Shown: positions 31,907-32,000 of the stretch, one piece after another
Numbering within the stretch: the stretch's first letter is position 1
How the letters are laid out: the number at the start of each line of letters is the position of its first letter
DNA from: Microcystis aeruginosa NIES-2549
Lineage (GTDB): Bacteria > Cyanobacteriota > Cyanobacteriia > Cyanobacteriales > Microcystaceae
Direction of reading: 5' to 3'
Assembly (NCBI RefSeq): GCF_000981785.2
Contig: NZ_CP011304.1
Location: 540,001-572,000 of the forward strand
Length of the DNA stretch: 32,000 nt
Program-made: the position numbers and the translations under genes
The notes under the pieces: generated by a model
Database searches by the model: none
What the model saw: only the letters and a program-made list of their open reading frames with translations
What the model was told of the DNA's origin: nothing

Positions 31907-32000
31907 ATGGCAAGAGTTCCTGTTATCTCAAAAGACGGAAAACCGTTGATGCCCACTAAACCCAGTCGGGCCAGGCGGTGGATTAAGGAAGGAAAAGCTA
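31907..32000 (+). CDS. iscB: IscB-like RNA-guided nuclease, first 31 codons only (PLMP/RRXRR N-terminal domain); continues beyond the window
   Basis: Own translation from ATG 31907: MARVPVISKDGKPLMPTKPSRARRWIKEGKA. The GKPLMP motif and the basic R-A-R-R segment match the IscB N-terminus (OgeuIscB, recalled from memory, begins MAVVYVISKSGKPLMPT). It is not in the ORF track because it is open at the window edge. Confidence 0.65.
   Translation, partial: MARVPVISKDGKPLMPTKPSRARRWIKEGKA

Overview
The window looks like a cyanobacterial chromosome segment, with a Microcystis/Synechocystis-like gene set. Evidence: HIP1 octamers GCGATCGC (e.g. 6528-6535, 18489-18496), an flv4/psiE-like/flv2 operon, cyanophycinase, DUF3143 and DUF1995 genes, an SLH-OprB porin and STRR-like heptamer repeats.

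Most of it is housekeeping: nrdA 5' end, copper amine oxidase, nitroreductase, GAF-PP2C phosphatase, AmpG, GNAT, LCP protein, ArsS-like radical SAM, J-protein, porin, Flv2/Flv4, TrmD and CphB.

The accessory content is:
- A solitary DUF3854-Toprim/P-loop replication protein (CyRepA-like) at 840-3755, preceded by a perfect NrdR-box-like palindrome.
- A visibly AT-rich insert (about 17.7-22.4 kb) carrying a 1211-aa fused type IIG restriction-modification enzyme.
- IS200/IS605-type (OMEGA) material. The window ends with the first 31 codons of an IscB-like protein (PLMP/RRXRR N-terminus), preceded by about 290 nt of structured non-coding DNA that is a candidate omega/HEARO RNA.
- Two ORF-less modules with IS608-like right-end geometry: a GC-rich hairpin, then GTATGTCA(A/C) ending exactly 10 nt after the hairpin foot. 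They lie at 14618-15040 (apparently a complete about 420-bp mini-element filling a divergent promoter region) and at 22215-22386 (a solo right end overlapping a host stop codon).

Repeats are also present: a 16-bp x9 tandem array closed by a 28-nt perfect palindrome, heptamer arrays inside the flv operon spacers, a C-rich/G-rich tract and a MITE-like hairpin pair.

No rRNA, tRNA or CRISPR array was seen. All functional calls come from reading the translations and motifs by eye. No database search was run.
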